From an uncultured Gammaproteobacteria bacterium (GTDB lineage: Bacteria > Patescibacteriota > Microgenomatia > Levybacterales > GWA1-39-11), in contig CAYRKM010000001.1 of assembly GCA_964425075.1 (NCBI GenBank), positions 459,060 to 523,059 on the forward strand: 64,000 nucleotides of DNA. The letters run 5' to 3'. The notes beneath the pieces were generated by a model, which saw only the letters and a list, made by a program, of their open reading frames with translations, made no database searches and was not told the DNA's origin. Position numbers and translations under genes: made by a program. This document shows, one piece after another, positions 38,829 through 48,432 of the stretch; within the stretch, counting starts at the first letter, position 1, and every line of letters begins with the position of its first letter.

Positions 38829-39167
38829 TTACAATCCTAATCCTGCTCCTCCTAATTGAGTGTTTAAAGTACTGGTAATGCTGTTATAAGTTTGTGCCAT
38901 TAACCACACCGATATAATAATTGAAAAAAGAGTCAGTAAAATTGCTACAACGCCTATTATTTGTGCTTTGGAGTCTTTTTGCCTGAAATATTTTATTCCC
39001 GGCCAGAGGCCAAGCGGAGGAAGAAAAAAACTTAAAAGGTAAATGCCCATTTGTTTGCCAATCGTCGTTGAGACGGGTGGTTCTTTTATTTTTTGTCCAC
39101 AATTTGGACAAAAATAATTTGCAGGTGAAAGTTGGAATTTGCATTTGGGGCATAGCTCGTGGTCCAT
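38829..39167 (-). CDS. small zinc-ribbon membrane protein
   Basis: CPKC...CPNCG ribbon followed by two TM helices. Confidence 0.35.
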   Translation of the reverse strand: MDHELCPKCKFQLSPANYFCPNCGQKIKEPPVSTTIGKQMGIYLLSFFLPPLGLWPGIKYFRQKDSKAQIIGVVAILLTLFSIIISVWLMAQTYNSITSTLNTQLGGAGLGL

Positions 39168-39331
39168 ATGAGTAGCATCTCACATGAGTTAATAAGCTTC
39201 AATGGGAGAATGCTGGCAATAATCTTTACTTGCAAAATACCTCTTGACGTACAAAAAAACATGTAGTATTATTCTTTTTACACCTTAACTGAGGTGTTTC
39301 TTTTTGGCGAAAGCCACGATATAATACAAAT

Positions 39332-40516
39332 ATGGCAACAGGAAAATTTGATAGAACAAAACCACACGTTAATATTGGAACCATTGGTCACGTTGATCAT
39401 GGTAAAACCACTACAACTGCAGCTATTACTACAGTATTGGCTAAAAAGGGATTTGCAGAAGCTCGAAAATACGAGGATATTGATAATGCTCCAGAAGAAA
39501 GAGAAAGAGGAGTTACCATCAACATTTCCCACCAAGAATACGAAACAGAAAAAAGACATTACGCACACATTGACGCTCCAGGACACGCTGATTACATTAA
39601 AAACATGATCACTGGTGCCGCTCAAATGGATGGTGCAATTTTAGTTGTATCTGCTCCTGACGGTCCTATGCCTCAAACTCGAGAACACATTCTTCTTGCT
39701 CGCCAAGTTGGAGTACCTTCAATCGTAGTATTCATGAACAAAATTGACATGGTTCAAGATCCTGAGCTTATTGAACTTGTTGAAATGGAAGTACGAGAAC
39801 TTTTGAACAAATACCAATATCCAGGAGACGAAACCCCTATTATTAAAGGTTCTGCTCTTAAGGCTCTTGAGGGAGACGCAGAGGCTGAAAAAGCTATTCT
39901 TGATCTTATGGAAGCAGTTGACAGCTACATTCCAACCCCAGAAAGACCAGTTGATAAACCTTTCCTTATGCCAGTTGAGGATGTTTTCTCAATTAAAGGT
40001 CGAGGAACAGTGGTAACTGGAAGAATAGAAAGAGGAATGGTAAAAATTAACGAAGAGCTTGAAATTGTTGGTATAAAGCCAACCACAAAAACAATTGTTA
40101 CTGGAATTGAAATGTTCCGAAAACAGCTCGATGAGGGTCAAGCAGGAGATAATGCAGGACTTCTTCTAAGAGGAATTGAAAAGAAAGATGTAGAGCGCGG
40201 ACAAGTTCTTGCAAAACCTGGAAGTATTACTCCTCACACTGATTTTGAGGCTGAAGTTTATATTCTTACCAAAGAAGAGGGTGGACGTCACACTCCTTTC
40301 TTCTCAGGATACCGACCACAATTTTACATCAGAACAACTGACGTAACTGGTGAAATCAAACTCCAAGAGGGTGTTGAGATGGTTATGCCAGGAGATAACG
40401 CAAAAATGAATGTTTCATTAATTGTTCCAGTCGCTATGGAAGAAGGAATGAGATTTGCTATCCGAGAAGGTGGAAGAACCGTCGGAGCAGGAGTTGTAAC
40501 CAAGATTACTAAGTAA
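39332..40516 (+). CDS. tuf: translation elongation factor Tu
   Basis: [18 protein letters not shown] and SALKALEG motifs. Full 394-aa EF-Tu. Confidence 0.96.
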   Translation: MATGKFDRTKPHVNIGTIGHVDHGKTTTTAAITTVLAKKGFAEARKYEDIDNAPEERERGVTINISHQEYETEKRHYAHIDAPGHADYIKNMITGAAQMDGAILVVSAPDGPMPQTREHILLARQVGVPSIVVFMNKIDMVQDPELIELVEMEVRELLNKYQYPGDETPIIKGSALKALEGDAEAEKAILDLMEAVDSYIPTPERPVDKPFLMPVEDVFSIKGRGTVVTGRIERGMVKINEELEIVGIKPTTKTIVTGIEMFRKQLDEGQAGDNAGLLLRGIEKKDVERGQVLAKPGSITPHTDFEAEVYILTKEEGGRHTPFFSGYRPQFYIRTTDVTGEIKLQEGVEMVMPGDNAKMNVSLIVPVAMEEGMRFAIREGGRTVGAGVVTKITK

Positions 40517-40566
40517 TTAGTGATCATTCGCACATTGTAATTTAACTGATTTTTAAATGGTTATGA

Positions 40567-40594
40567 ACCTGCTTTTCGAAAAGCAGGTTTTTTT
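40567..40594 (+). terminator. intrinsic terminator after tuf
   Basis: acctgctttt-cga-aaagcaggt followed by T7. Confidence 0.6.
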
Positions 40595-40613
40595 GTAGTA
40601 AAATATATCAAAT

Positions 40614-40958
40614 ATGACTATTCAGGCAGAAGCATTAAAAAGATCAAATGAGTTTATAGATAAATCTAGCTTTACGGGAATTGGACAGGAGGTAAAGTGT
40701 GAAACTGGAAAAAGTAGATTCGTATGGTATAGAAATGCTGATTTACGTATACATGATTTTGGAACTGAAGGAAGAACTGGCGCGGTAGGGAATGTAAGAA
40801 TAGGTCCTGTTATTGGTTTGTTTGGGATGAGCGGTGAATCTGGAGATTGGACTTATAATGCTGCTACCGGTGATTTGGCTTTCGAGCTTTTAGAAGGTAA
40901 AGTTGTTGAATTGGATTTAAAAGAAGAGGGTAAAATCAGATTTACACATACACAATAA
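40614..40958 (+). CDS. hypothetical protein between tuf and rpsJ
   Basis: 114-aa ORF with no recognisable domain. Unusual position for a non-ribosomal gene. Confidence 0.35.
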   Translation: MTIQAEALKRSNEFIDKSSFTGIGQEVKCETGKSRFVWYRNADLRIHDFGTEGRTGAVGNVRIGPVIGLFGMSGESGDWTYNAATGDLAFELLEGKVVELDLKEEGKIRFTHTQ

Positions 40959-40967
40959 CATAAAAAT

Positions 40968-41279
40968 ATGGCACAGAAAGGAAGAATAAGAGTAAAATTA
41001 AAGAGCTATGATCCTCGAATCATAGATCAAACATGTCAACAAATCATTGATACGGCCCTTCGTACCGGTGCAAAGGTTGTTGGACCTATTCCATTGCCTT
41101 CAGATAGGACTGTATTTGTAGTAAATAAAGCAGCCTTTATTGATAAAGACGCACGAGAGCATTTTCAGCTCAAAACTCACAAAAGACTCATTGATATTAT
41201 GAATCCAACAGATAGCACTATCGAGAACCTCATTCATCTCGATTTACCTTCAGGGGTAAATGTTGAGATTAAGATGTAG
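40968..41279 (+). CDS. rpsJ: 30S ribosomal protein S10
   Basis: QKIRIKLKSYD-type N-terminus (MAQKGRIRVKLKSYDPRIID), 103 aa. Confidence 0.9.
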   Translation: MAQKGRIRVKLKSYDPRIIDQTCQQIIDTALRTGAKVVGPIPLPSDRTVFVVNKAAFIDKDAREHFQLKTHKRLIDIMNPTDSTIENLIHLDLPSGVNVEIKM

Positions 41280-41922
41280 AATCTGTCTCATTTTGTCTTA
41301 AGAAAATCGTTTTTTTTCTCTTAGTCTCCACCATTTTTTTAACTGCTTCGGGGTTGGGTTGTCTTCCTCTTAGTTTTACACTTATTCTTTGCTTCAGCTC
41401 ATCCGACAGCCCTCTTCCGTAATTTGGATTTTTTTCTCCCTTTAATGCCTCGCTTATTTTTTGTCTAACGCTTTCTGAAAGTGGTTTTCCGTAATTAGCA
41501 TTATTATTTCCACTTGCTGCTTCACTCATACGATTTCTCAGCTCGGGGGTAAATTCTCTTTGGGCATTAGCCTGAGCATGTCTTTCACGCCCATCGGGGC
41601 TAAACTTACCCTTCTCGGGAGGTACAAAGCCCTCAACAAGGAGAGCAGCATAGGGTTCAAGCAATAAGTCAAGCTCACATTCCGTTAGTGGTTCAAGAGC
41701 GGCAAGGTAATTCCCTAAAAGTTGTGGACTTGGTACGCGTTTACCGGTAGAAATAGTTGATATGTAACTGTCGGAGACTTCAAGTTCAACGTGAAGGGAT
41801 TTCAGGGTACGATTGTGCGCTCGAGCAATAGTTGCGAATGCCTTTCCGAATTCTATAGCTTTTGGATGTTTCTCTTTTTCCATACTACGCATTATATTAG
41901 AAGTCTTATAGTAACTCAACAA
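41269..41922 (-). CDS. XRE-type HTH plus NUMOD3-repeat DNA-binding protein (homing-endonuclease-like, no nuclease domain seen)
   Basis: 217 aa. N-terminal HTH (LKSLHVELEVSDSYISTISTGKRVPS). Three NUMOD3-like repeats (TPELRNRMSEAASG, NANYGKPLSESVRQKISEALKG, NPNYGRGLSDELKQRISVKLRG) of the kind found in GIY-YIG/HNH homing endonucleases. No GIY-YIG or HNH motif. Confidence 0.6.
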   Translation of the reverse strand: MLSYYKTSNIMRSMEKEKHPKAIEFGKAFATIARAHNRTLKSLHVELEVSDSYISTISTGKRVPSPQLLGNYLAALEPLTECELDLLLEPYAALLVEGFVPPEKGKFSPDGRERHAQANAQREFTPELRNRMSEAASGNNNANYGKPLSESVRQKISEALKGEKNPNYGRGLSDELKQRISVKLRGRQPNPEAVKKMVETKRKKTIFLRQNETDSTS

Positions 41923-42098
41923 CAGAAAGACAGGTATAAACTCCTTGCATTTGAATTCAAATACGTATATAATAATCCTTACGCAAAATGACGACTTTAA
42001 GGAGGGTTAGTTTGACTACATAAGCTCTAACGGTTAAGGTTTTCTTAATCATCAAAGCGACTGTAGTAGTCGCTTTTTTTGTGGGTTTTAGTTCAAAA

Positions 42099-42148
42099 TA
42101 TACCGACAACTCTTTTGCCAAGCAGAGCTTGTCAGAGACTCTCGGTAT
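42099..42148. repeat. intergenic repeat family B, copy 1 (ataccgacaactct...gagactctcggtat)
   Basis: Same terminal blocks as copies B2-B4 with a different internal hairpin (caagc-aga-gcttg). Overlaps the 5' extension of the tracked rplC ORF. Confidence 0.5.
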
Positions 42149-42173
42149 GTTTTTTAAAACTAGTTTAAAAAAC

Positions 42174-43067
42174 ATGATACAAGCAATATTAGGCAAAAAA
42201 TTGGAACAGACACAAGGATTCCTTCAAAACGGAACACGTATTCCTATGACCAAAATTATGGTTGGGGGAAATGTGGTTTCCCAAATTAAAACCATCGAAA
42301 AAGACGGATATGAAGCTGTTCAACTTGGATTCGGAAATACAAAGAAGGCAGATAAACCAACCCAAGGACACTCAAAAAAAGCGGGGCTCAAAGAGACGCC
42401 TCGTTTTTTTAAGGAAGTAAAGGCTGATAAATTAGAAGGAATTGAAGCGGGAACAGCCATTAATGTAGAAGAAATTTTAGAAGCAGGAGATAGGATTGAT
42501 GTAACTGGAACTTCGAAAGGAAAAGGATATGCAGGAGTAGTCAAAAGACATGGTTTTCATGGAGGACCCAAAACTCATGGTCAGTCAGACCGCCATCGTG
42601 CTCCAGGTTCTATTGGTCAATCTACTACACCAGGACGTGTTTACAAAGGTAAAAAAATGGCAGGTAGAATGGGAAATGAGCAGGTAACTGTTAAGAATCT
42701 TGAGGTTATTGAGGTTAACGGAGAAGAACTTTTAATTAAAGGACTTATCCCTGGTTCAATTGGCTCAATAGTAACAATTACAAGAATTGGAAACAATAAA
42801 AAACATGTAGGTCTTTATCAAGAACCGGTTGCCGAAGAGGTAGTAATAGACGAGAAAAAAGTTGAGGAAGTAGGAGAACCCCTAGTAGAACAAGAAGAAG
42901 CACGGGTTGAGGACGCTGAGGAAGTAAAAGAAGAAATGCAAGCAGAAGCGGCAGCTGAGCAAATTACAGAACCTGCAAAACCTACAGAGGAAGTAAAAAC
43001 AGAAGAAGTAGAGGAGAAAATAGAAGAAGTTAAAGAAGAAACAAAAGAGGAGGAGGAAAAAGCCTAA
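42174..43067 (+). CDS. rplC: 50S ribosomal protein L3 with Glu/Lys-rich C-terminal extension
   Basis: The L3 core starts at MIQAILGKKLEQTQGF (in frame with the tracked ORF from 42081, which would span repeat B1). An ~80-aa acidic/lysine-rich tail follows. Confidence 0.85.
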   Translation: MIQAILGKKLEQTQGFLQNGTRIPMTKIMVGGNVVSQIKTIEKDGYEAVQLGFGNTKKADKPTQGHSKKAGLKETPRFFKEVKADKLEGIEAGTAINVEEILEAGDRIDVTGTSKGKGYAGVVKRHGFHGGPKTHGQSDRHRAPGSIGQSTTPGRVYKGKKMAGRMGNEQVTVKNLEVIEVNGEELLIKGLIPGSIGSIVTITRIGNNKKHVGLYQEPVAEEVVIDEKKVEEVGEPLVEQEEARVEDAEEVKEEMQAEAAAEQITEPAKPTEEVKTEEVEEKIEEVKEETKEEEEKA

Positions 43068-43095
43068 CGTTTTGTAAATTAGCGTTTGGCGTTTA

Positions 43096-43899
43096 GTGAT
43101 TATGGCTGATACAAAAGTTAAAACAATTAAAAAAGTAGCAGCGGTTAAAAAACCAGCTGTTAAAAAAGTTGTGGCAAAAAAAACTACTTCAGTAAATAAA
43201 GTAGCAAAAGCTAAAGAGGCTGTAGTTGTAAAAGAAGCTAAGGTTTCAACCGGTTCTTTGAAAGTTGATGTTATTGGAGCAAATGGTGCAAAGAATGGGA
43301 CTGTTAGCCTTCCAACTGAGTTGTTTGGCATTGTACCTAACAAATCTCTTATAGCTCAAGCTATTCGTGTATATCTTGCAAACCAAAGACAGGGCACTTC
43401 TTCTACAAAAACCAGGGGTCAGGTAAAGGGTTCTACGAGAAAAATTTACCGTCAAAAAGGTACAGGACGAGCAAGACATGGAGCGAACACTGCTCCTATT
43501 TTTGTAGGTGGAGGAATCGCTTTTGGACCTCATCCACGCGACTATTCTTTAAAAATGCCAAAAAAGATGAAAAAGATTGCATTTGCTTCAATCCTTTCTC
43601 AAAAAGCATCAGATGGGGCTATTAAGGTAATTGAGGGAGAATTTAGTGGTAAAACAAAGGATGTTTCAAAGCTACTTAAAACAATGAGTTTGACTAATAA
43701 AACAGGAAAAGCACAGAAAGTGTTATTGGTTATTGGCCAAAATGATAAAAATATCGCAAGGGGAGCACACAATATTGGAGGTTTGTCTATCGAGAGTTCA
43801 GCAACCCTTTCAACCTACCCAGTTTCAATCAGTAAAAATATCATTTTTGTAAAAGACGCGATTAATGATTTAGTTACAAGATATCAAAAAGGAGAATAA
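43096..43899 (+). CDS. rplD: 50S ribosomal protein L4 with Lys/Ala-rich N-terminal extension
   Basis: L4 core (RQGT-STKTRG-V-GS-RK-YRQKGTGRARHG) preceded by a KKVAAVKKPAVKK low-complexity extension. Confidence 0.85.
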   Translation: MIMADTKVKTIKKVAAVKKPAVKKVVAKKTTSVNKVAKAKEAVVVKEAKVSTGSLKVDVIGANGAKNGTVSLPTELFGIVPNKSLIAQAIRVYLANQRQGTSSTKTRGQVKGSTRKIYRQKGTGRARHGANTAPIFVGGGIAFGPHPRDYSLKMPKKMKKIAFASILSQKASDGAIKVIEGEFSGKTKDVSKLLKTMSLTNKTGKAQKVLLVIGQNDKNIARGAHNIGGLSIESSATLSTYPVSISKNIIFVKDAINDLVTRYQKGE

Positions 43900-43901
43900 T
43901 T

Positions 43902-44273
43902 ATGCAGGCACTAGATATTTTAATCAAACCAATTATTTCTGAAAAATCTTTGAGAGACGCACAAACTGGGAAATTTACATTTTTGGTAAATTCAATTGCA
44001 AATAAAACCGAAATAAAGAAAGCAATTGAATCAACCTTTACGGTAAATGTTGAAAAAATAACAACCGTTACGACAAAAGGAAGCACAACAAGAGTCACTA
44101 AATTAGGAAGAAAAACAAAAATATTTAAAAACAAAAAAGCTCGAGTAGTTCTTCGAAAAGGACAAACAATTGATGTCTTTGAAGAACATCTAGGAGGAGA
44201 TGAGAAGAAAGAAAAGAAAGAGAAGAAAGTAGAAAAAAATACCGACAAGAAAGAGTCAAAGGATAATAAATAA
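43902..44273 (+). CDS. rplW: 50S ribosomal protein L23 with Lys/Glu-rich C-terminal extension
   Basis: L23 fold motifs (ILIKPIISEKS, FLVN--ANKTEIKKAIE) plus a KKEKKEKK tail. Confidence 0.8.
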   Translation: MQALDILIKPIISEKSLRDAQTGKFTFLVNSIANKTEIKKAIESTFTVNVEKITTVTTKGSTTRVTKLGRKTKIFKNKKARVVLRKGQTIDVFEEHLGGDEKKEKKEKKVEKNTDKKESKDNK

Positions 44274-44276
44274 CCT

Positions 44277-45014
44277 ATGAAATTAAAAAGAATATTAAAG
44301 AAAAATTCAGGACGGGATAATTCCGGAAGCGTTGTTGTACGTCATCAGGGCGGACGACACAAAAGAATGTATAGACTTATTGATTTTAAGAGAGATAAGC
44401 ATTCAGTAGAGGGAACAATTGTTGGAGTTGAATATGATCCTAATCGTTCAGCTGAATTGGTTTTAGTTCAGTATAGGGATGGGGATAAAAGATACATTCT
44501 TCGTCCATTGGATTTAAATTTAGGAGATAAAGTGATTGCCAATGAAATTACTGACGTAAAAGCTGGAAACACTATGATGCTTAAAAATATTCCCGTAGGT
44601 ACACCAATTCACAATGTTGAATTGACCAAGGGTAAGGGTGGACAGCTTGCAAGAAGTGCTGGGGATCAGGCAAGTGTTATGGCCAGAGAAGATAAATATG
44701 TTCATGTAAAACTCCCTTCAGGTGAAATAAGAAGGATTTCAGGGGACAACTATGCTACAATTGGCCAGCTCTCAAAGGTTGAATGGAAAGATAGAGAATG
44801 GAAGAAAGCGGGAGCAAAACGTCATCTTGGAATAAGACCTACAGTCAGGGGAGTTGCCATGGAGCCGTCTTCTCACCCTCATGGAGGAGGAGAAGGAAGA
44901 AGTGGTATTGGTATGTCTACGCCGAAAACTTTTTATGGTAGACCAGCTGTGGGGAGAACAAGAGATAAGAAAAAATACAGCAATAAATACATAGTAAAAA
45001 GGAGGAAGGCTTAA
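44277..45014 (+). CDS. rplB: 50S ribosomal protein L2
   Basis: [21 protein letters not shown], and C-terminal [10 protein letters not shown] motifs. Confidence 0.92.
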   Translation: MKLKRILKKNSGRDNSGSVVVRHQGGRHKRMYRLIDFKRDKHSVEGTIVGVEYDPNRSAELVLVQYRDGDKRYILRPLDLNLGDKVIANEITDVKAGNTMMLKNIPVGTPIHNVELTKGKGGQLARSAGDQASVMAREDKYVHVKLPSGEIRRISGDNYATIGQLSKVEWKDREWKKAGAKRHLGIRPTVRGVAMEPSSHPHGGGEGRSGIGMSTPKTFYGRPAVGRTRDKKKYSNKYIVKRRKA

Positions 45015-45045
45015 GCAGAGCTTGCTTTTGCTAACAAAAGTAATT

Positions 45046-45330
45046 ATGTCACGAAGTTTAAAAAAAGGACCATATGTAGTTGAGAGATTACTGAAAAAAG
45101 TAATGGCTCAAAAAGAATCTGGAGGCAGAGATGTTATCAAAACCTGGGCACGGGCTTGCCAAATTCCACCAGAATTTGTCGGTCACACCCTTGGTGTTCA
45201 TAATGGTAAACATTTTATTAGTGTAAAAGTTGTTGAGGGTATGGTTGGGCACAGACTTGGAGAATTTTCTCCAACAAGGCACTTTAAGGGTCATGGAAGA
45301 GTCGTTGCTCGTGAGATATCAAAGACTTAA
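45046..45330 (+). CDS. rpsS: 30S ribosomal protein S19
   Basis: [11 protein letters not shown] start (the tracked ORF begins 24 nt upstream) and [10 protein letters not shown] motif. Confidence 0.85.
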   Translation: MSRSLKKGPYVVERLLKKVMAQKESGGRDVIKTWARACQIPPEFVGHTLGVHNGKHFISVKVVEGMVGHRLGEFSPTRHFKGHGRVVAREISKT

Positions 45331-45749
45331 TGAATACTATGGAATATAGAGCAATTGCAAAAAACATTAAAATTTCACCACGTAAGGTGAGGCTTGTGAC
45401 GGATAGCATTCGAGAGTTAACAGTGGCAAAAGCATTAACTCAACTTATGGTGTCTCCAAAAAGAGGCGCAGTTCCTGTTAAAAAAACTATTGAAAGCGCA
45501 ATGGCAAATGCAGTAAATAACAATAATGCAAAAAAGGACGACTTGGTTATTAAAACGATTAATGTAACTGAAGGAATAGCATATAAGAGATATCACTTTG
45601 CAGGACGAGGAAGAACAAGACCATATGTTAAAAAAACAAGCCATATTAACGTGATCTTAGAAGACAAAGCAATAGTTCAAGCTCCAGTTCTAAACAAAGT
45701 AGAGCTTGAGAAAGAGAATAAAACAATTAAAAAAGGAGGAAAGAAATAA
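45330..45749 (+). CDS. rplV: 50S ribosomal protein L22
   Basis: A-A-I-ISPRKVRLV-D-IR start, typical of L22. Confidence 0.85.
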   Translation: MNTMEYRAIAKNIKISPRKVRLVTDSIRELTVAKALTQLMVSPKRGAVPVKKTIESAMANAVNNNNAKKDDLVIKTINVTEGIAYKRYHFAGRGRTRPYVKKTSHINVILEDKAIVQAPVLNKVELEKENKTIKKGGKK

Positions 45750-45822
45750 TTACTAATTAATCTAATTATTCTAATTAAACTAAATTAGAAATTAGAGCAC
45801 TTAGAAATTAGAAATTTTCAAA
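45747..45822. repeat. CTAATT/AATTAG repeat array + TTAGAAATTAGAGC motif (family C, copy 1)
   Basis: taattactaattaatctaattattctaattaaactaaattagaaattagagcacttagaaattagaaatt, upstream of rpsC. Confidence 0.4.
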
Positions 45823-45824
45823 AT

Positions 45825-46469
45825 ATGGGACAAAAAGTTAATCCAATTGCATTAAGAATGGGTATCCACCACGACTTTAAAAGCGTAGGTTATTACCCTA
45901 AAAAGTCATATGCAGTAACAGTTTTGAAAGATATTAGGATTCGAGAGGCTTTAATGAAAAGACTAAAGCCCGCAGGGGTTGGGGATATCATTCTAGAACG
46001 TTCTGCAAGTTCTATAAAAATTACAATTTACGTTATGCGTCCGGGAATTGTGATTGGAAGAGGTGGTTCTGGGCTTGAGGAATTAAAAAAACAAATTGTA
46101 ACTCTTCTTGGTGAGTCACATGTTCCTGGAAAGAGTTCTCAAAAAATTGAACTTAAAGTTGAACCGATTAAGGAACCAAACCTGAGTGCATATTTAGTTG
46201 CAAACAATATTGCAGAACAACTGGCACGACGTATGCCATTTCGAAGAGTAGTAAAGCAAGCAACTGATAGAGTAATGCAGTCGGGGGCAAAAGGCGTAAG
46301 AATTATTCTTGCTGGTCGTATCAATGGAGCAGAAATTGCTAGACGAGAAAGAACACAAACAGGAAAAGTTTCGTTATCAACAATAAGAGAAAATATCGAT
46401 TTTGCAAGCGTTCCTTCGCTTACAAAATCAGGTTACATTGGAGTTAAAGTTTGGATAAACAAAAAATAA
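45825..46469 (+). CDS. rpsC: 30S ribosomal protein S3
   Basis: MGQKVNPIALRMG start, KH domain, and C-terminal GAKG-RI-L-GRI-GAEIAR. Confidence 0.92.
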   Translation: MGQKVNPIALRMGIHHDFKSVGYYPKKSYAVTVLKDIRIREALMKRLKPAGVGDIILERSASSIKITIYVMRPGIVIGRGGSGLEELKKQIVTLLGESHVPGKSSQKIELKVEPIKEPNLSAYLVANNIAEQLARRMPFRRVVKQATDRVMQSGAKGVRIILAGRINGAEIARRERTQTGKVSLSTIRENIDFASVPSLTKSGYIGVKVWINKK

Positions 46470-46522
46470 GCAAAGCTTGCTTTTTGGAAACAAAAAGTAG
46501 CGTTTAGTTTAAAAATAAAATT

Positions 46523-46936
46523 ATGTTACAACCTAGGAAATCAAAATACAGAAAACAATTTAAGCAAAGAAGCCTTCCCGGAATGGCAACAAAAGGGAAT
46601 AGGGTTTCATATGGTGAATTTGGATTGAGAGCTGAAGAGTCAGGACATATTTCAGCCCGCCAAATTGAGGCAGCAAGGCGTGCAATTGTTCATTTTATTA
46701 AAAGGGGTGGACGTGTATGGATTAGAATTTTTCCAGACATGCCTATTACCAAAAAACCGCCAGAAACCCGTATGGGTGGAGGAAAAGGAGATATTGATCA
46801 CTATGTTGCAGTAACAAAAGCTGGACAAATGATTTTTGAAATGGCAGGAGTAACAGAAGAAACAGCAAAAGAAGCATTAAGACTTGCAGGCCATAAATTA
46901 TCAGTAAAATCAAGCTTTATTTCAAAAAACGCATAA
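46523..46936 (+). CDS. rplP: 50S ribosomal protein L16
   Basis: [14 protein letters not shown] start and R-IEAARRA motif. Confidence 0.9.
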   Translation: MLQPRKSKYRKQFKQRSLPGMATKGNRVSYGEFGLRAEESGHISARQIEAARRAIVHFIKRGGRVWIRIFPDMPITKKPPETRMGGGKGDIDHYVAVTKAGQMIFEMAGVTEETAKEALRLAGHKLSVKSSFISKNA

Positions 46937-46945
46937 GGAGAATAT

Positions 46946-47158
46946 ATGAAAAAAAACGACAGAATTGAATTACGATCAAAAACAAAAGAAGAGTTAATAA
47001 AGCAACTACGTGATTTACGTAGCGAAGCGGCAAAATTGTCAATGGATATGACAACAGGAAAAGTAGTAAATACTGCAGAAATTTATAACAAGAAAAAAAT
47101 GATAGCAAGAATACTTACATATCTTGGACAAAAAAAGGAGGAAACAGTAAATGCCTAA
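46946..47158 (+). CDS. rpmC: 50S ribosomal protein L29
   Basis: 70 aa. ELR-KTKEEL---L--LR-E---L motif, located between rplP and rpsQ. Confidence 0.75.
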   Translation: MKKNDRIELRSKTKEELIKQLRDLRSEAAKLSMDMTTGKVVNTAEIYNKKKMIARILTYLGQKKEETVNA

Positions 47159-47486
47159 AACAGTAAAAAAAGTAATAAAAAAAGCTGAAAGCCCTGTCGT
47201 TGTAGAGAAATCTAAAAAGCCAGTCGAGGAAAAAATGAAAGAAGCAAAGAGAAAAACGATTACAGGAAAAGTAGTATCGGTAAAGATGAAAAATACCGTT
47301 GTAGTTGCTGTAGAGAGAAAAGTTGCGCATAAAAAATATGGCAAACTCCTAAAAGTTACAAAGAGATTTAACGTAGATACAAACGGAATGGAAGCAACAG
47401 AGGGAGAGACAGTAGTAATTGAGCAAACACGACCAATGAGTAAAACAAAATATTTTAAATTAGTTTCAAAAGGAGGGAAAGGGTAG
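47151..47486 (+). CDS. rpsQ: 30S ribosomal protein S17 with Lys-rich N-terminal extension
   Basis: Strong SD AAGGAGG 8 nt before ATG 47151. S17 core GKVVS-KM-NTVVVAVER...RPMSKTK preceded by ~28 extra residues. Confidence 0.8.
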   Translation: MPKTVKKVIKKAESPVVVEKSKKPVEEKMKEAKRKTITGKVVSVKMKNTVVVAVERKVAHKKYGKLLKVTKRFNVDTNGMEATEGETVVIEQTRPMSKTKYFKLVSKGGKG

Positions 47487-47492
47487 AATTTT

Positions 47493-47550
47493 ATACCGAC
47501 AACTCTTGCTCAAAAAGCCAACTGGCATTTTGAGCTGAGACTCTCGGTAT
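47493..47550. repeat. intergenic repeat family B, copy 2
   Basis: ataccgacaactcttgctcaaaaagccaactggcattttgagctgagactctcggtat. Inner stem gctcaaaa/ttttgagc around the loop agccaactggca. Confidence 0.55.
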
Positions 47551-47618
47551 AAGCAAAGCTTGCGGTTTAGCAATCTAAATTCTCGCCCAAGGACTTAGAT
47601 TTATAAGGAGCTCGAAAT

Positions 47619-47990
47619 ATGGTACAACACAGAACTATGCTGGTTTCAGCAGACAATAGTGGAGCAAAACAACTACAGGTAATCCAAATTTATGGAGGAT
47701 CAAGTAGACGTTATGGATATATTGGAGAAATGCTTGGGTGTATTGTCAAAAAAGCACTTCCACACAGTCAGTATAAGAAGGGAGATCTTGTAAAAGTTAT
47801 ATTAGTCAGATCTAAGAAAGAAGTAAAAAGAAAAGACGGAATGTATATTAGATTTTCAGAAAATGCTGGAGTTGTAATTGATGAGAAAACAAAAGAGCCA
47901 ACTGGAACTCGTATTTTTGGACCGGTTGCACGAGAAGTAAAAGAAGCTGGATACAGTAAAATTGCAAGTTTGGCTAAGAACGTTGTTTAA
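47619..47990 (+). CDS. rplN: 50S ribosomal protein L14
   Basis: M(V/I)Q-RT-L-VADNSGAK start, 123 aa. Confidence 0.9.
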   Translation: MVQHRTMLVSADNSGAKQLQVIQIYGGSSRRYGYIGEMLGCIVKKALPHSQYKKGDLVKVILVRSKKEVKRKDGMYIRFSENAGVVIDEKTKEPTGTRIFGPVAREVKEAGYSKIASLAKNVV

Positions 47991-48005
47991 AAAGGAAAAA
48001 ATAAT

Positions 48006-48317
48006 ATGAGTTTAAAAATAAAAAAAGGCGATACAGTACAAATAATGTTAGGACGAGATAAGGGTAAAAAAGGTACCGTAGAGAGAGTATTGTCAACTGA
48101 ACGCATGGTTATTGTTGAAGGTATAAATCAAGTGAAGAAGCATTTGAAATCACGACAACAGGGCCAAAAGTCAGAGATTGTAACTCTTACAAAGCCAATT
48201 TCGATTGCAAAAGTGTCATTAATTGATAGCAAAAAGAAAAAACCAACAAGAGTTGGATTTAAAATCGAAAAAGGAAAAAAGATAAGAATCGGACGATTGT
48301 CCGGGGAGGCAATTTAA
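48006..48317 (+). CDS. rplX: 50S ribosomal protein L24
   Basis: [24 protein letters not shown] motif. Confidence 0.85.
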   Translation: MSLKIKKGDTVQIMLGRDKGKKGTVERVLSTERMVIVEGINQVKKHLKSRQQGQKSEIVTLTKPISIAKVSLIDSKKKKPTRVGFKIEKGKKIRIGRLSGEAI

Positions 48318-48430
48318 TGAAAGTACAAGCATCAGTTAAAAAACGTTGTTTACAATGTAAGATTATAAAAAGAAGGGGGAGGTTACTTGTGATTTGTGAG
48401 AATCCACGACACAAGCAACGCCAAGGTTAA
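48317..48430 (+). CDS. rpmJ: 50S ribosomal protein L36 (zinc-ribbon type)
   Basis: Not in the ORF track because it is under 60 aa. ATG overlaps the rplX stop (taATG). Translation: [37 protein letters not shown], the canonical L36 sequence with the C-x2-C...C-x4-H ribbon. Confidence 0.8.
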   Translation: MKVQASVKKRCLQCKIIKRRGRLLVICENPRHKQRQG

Positions 48431-48432
48431 CT

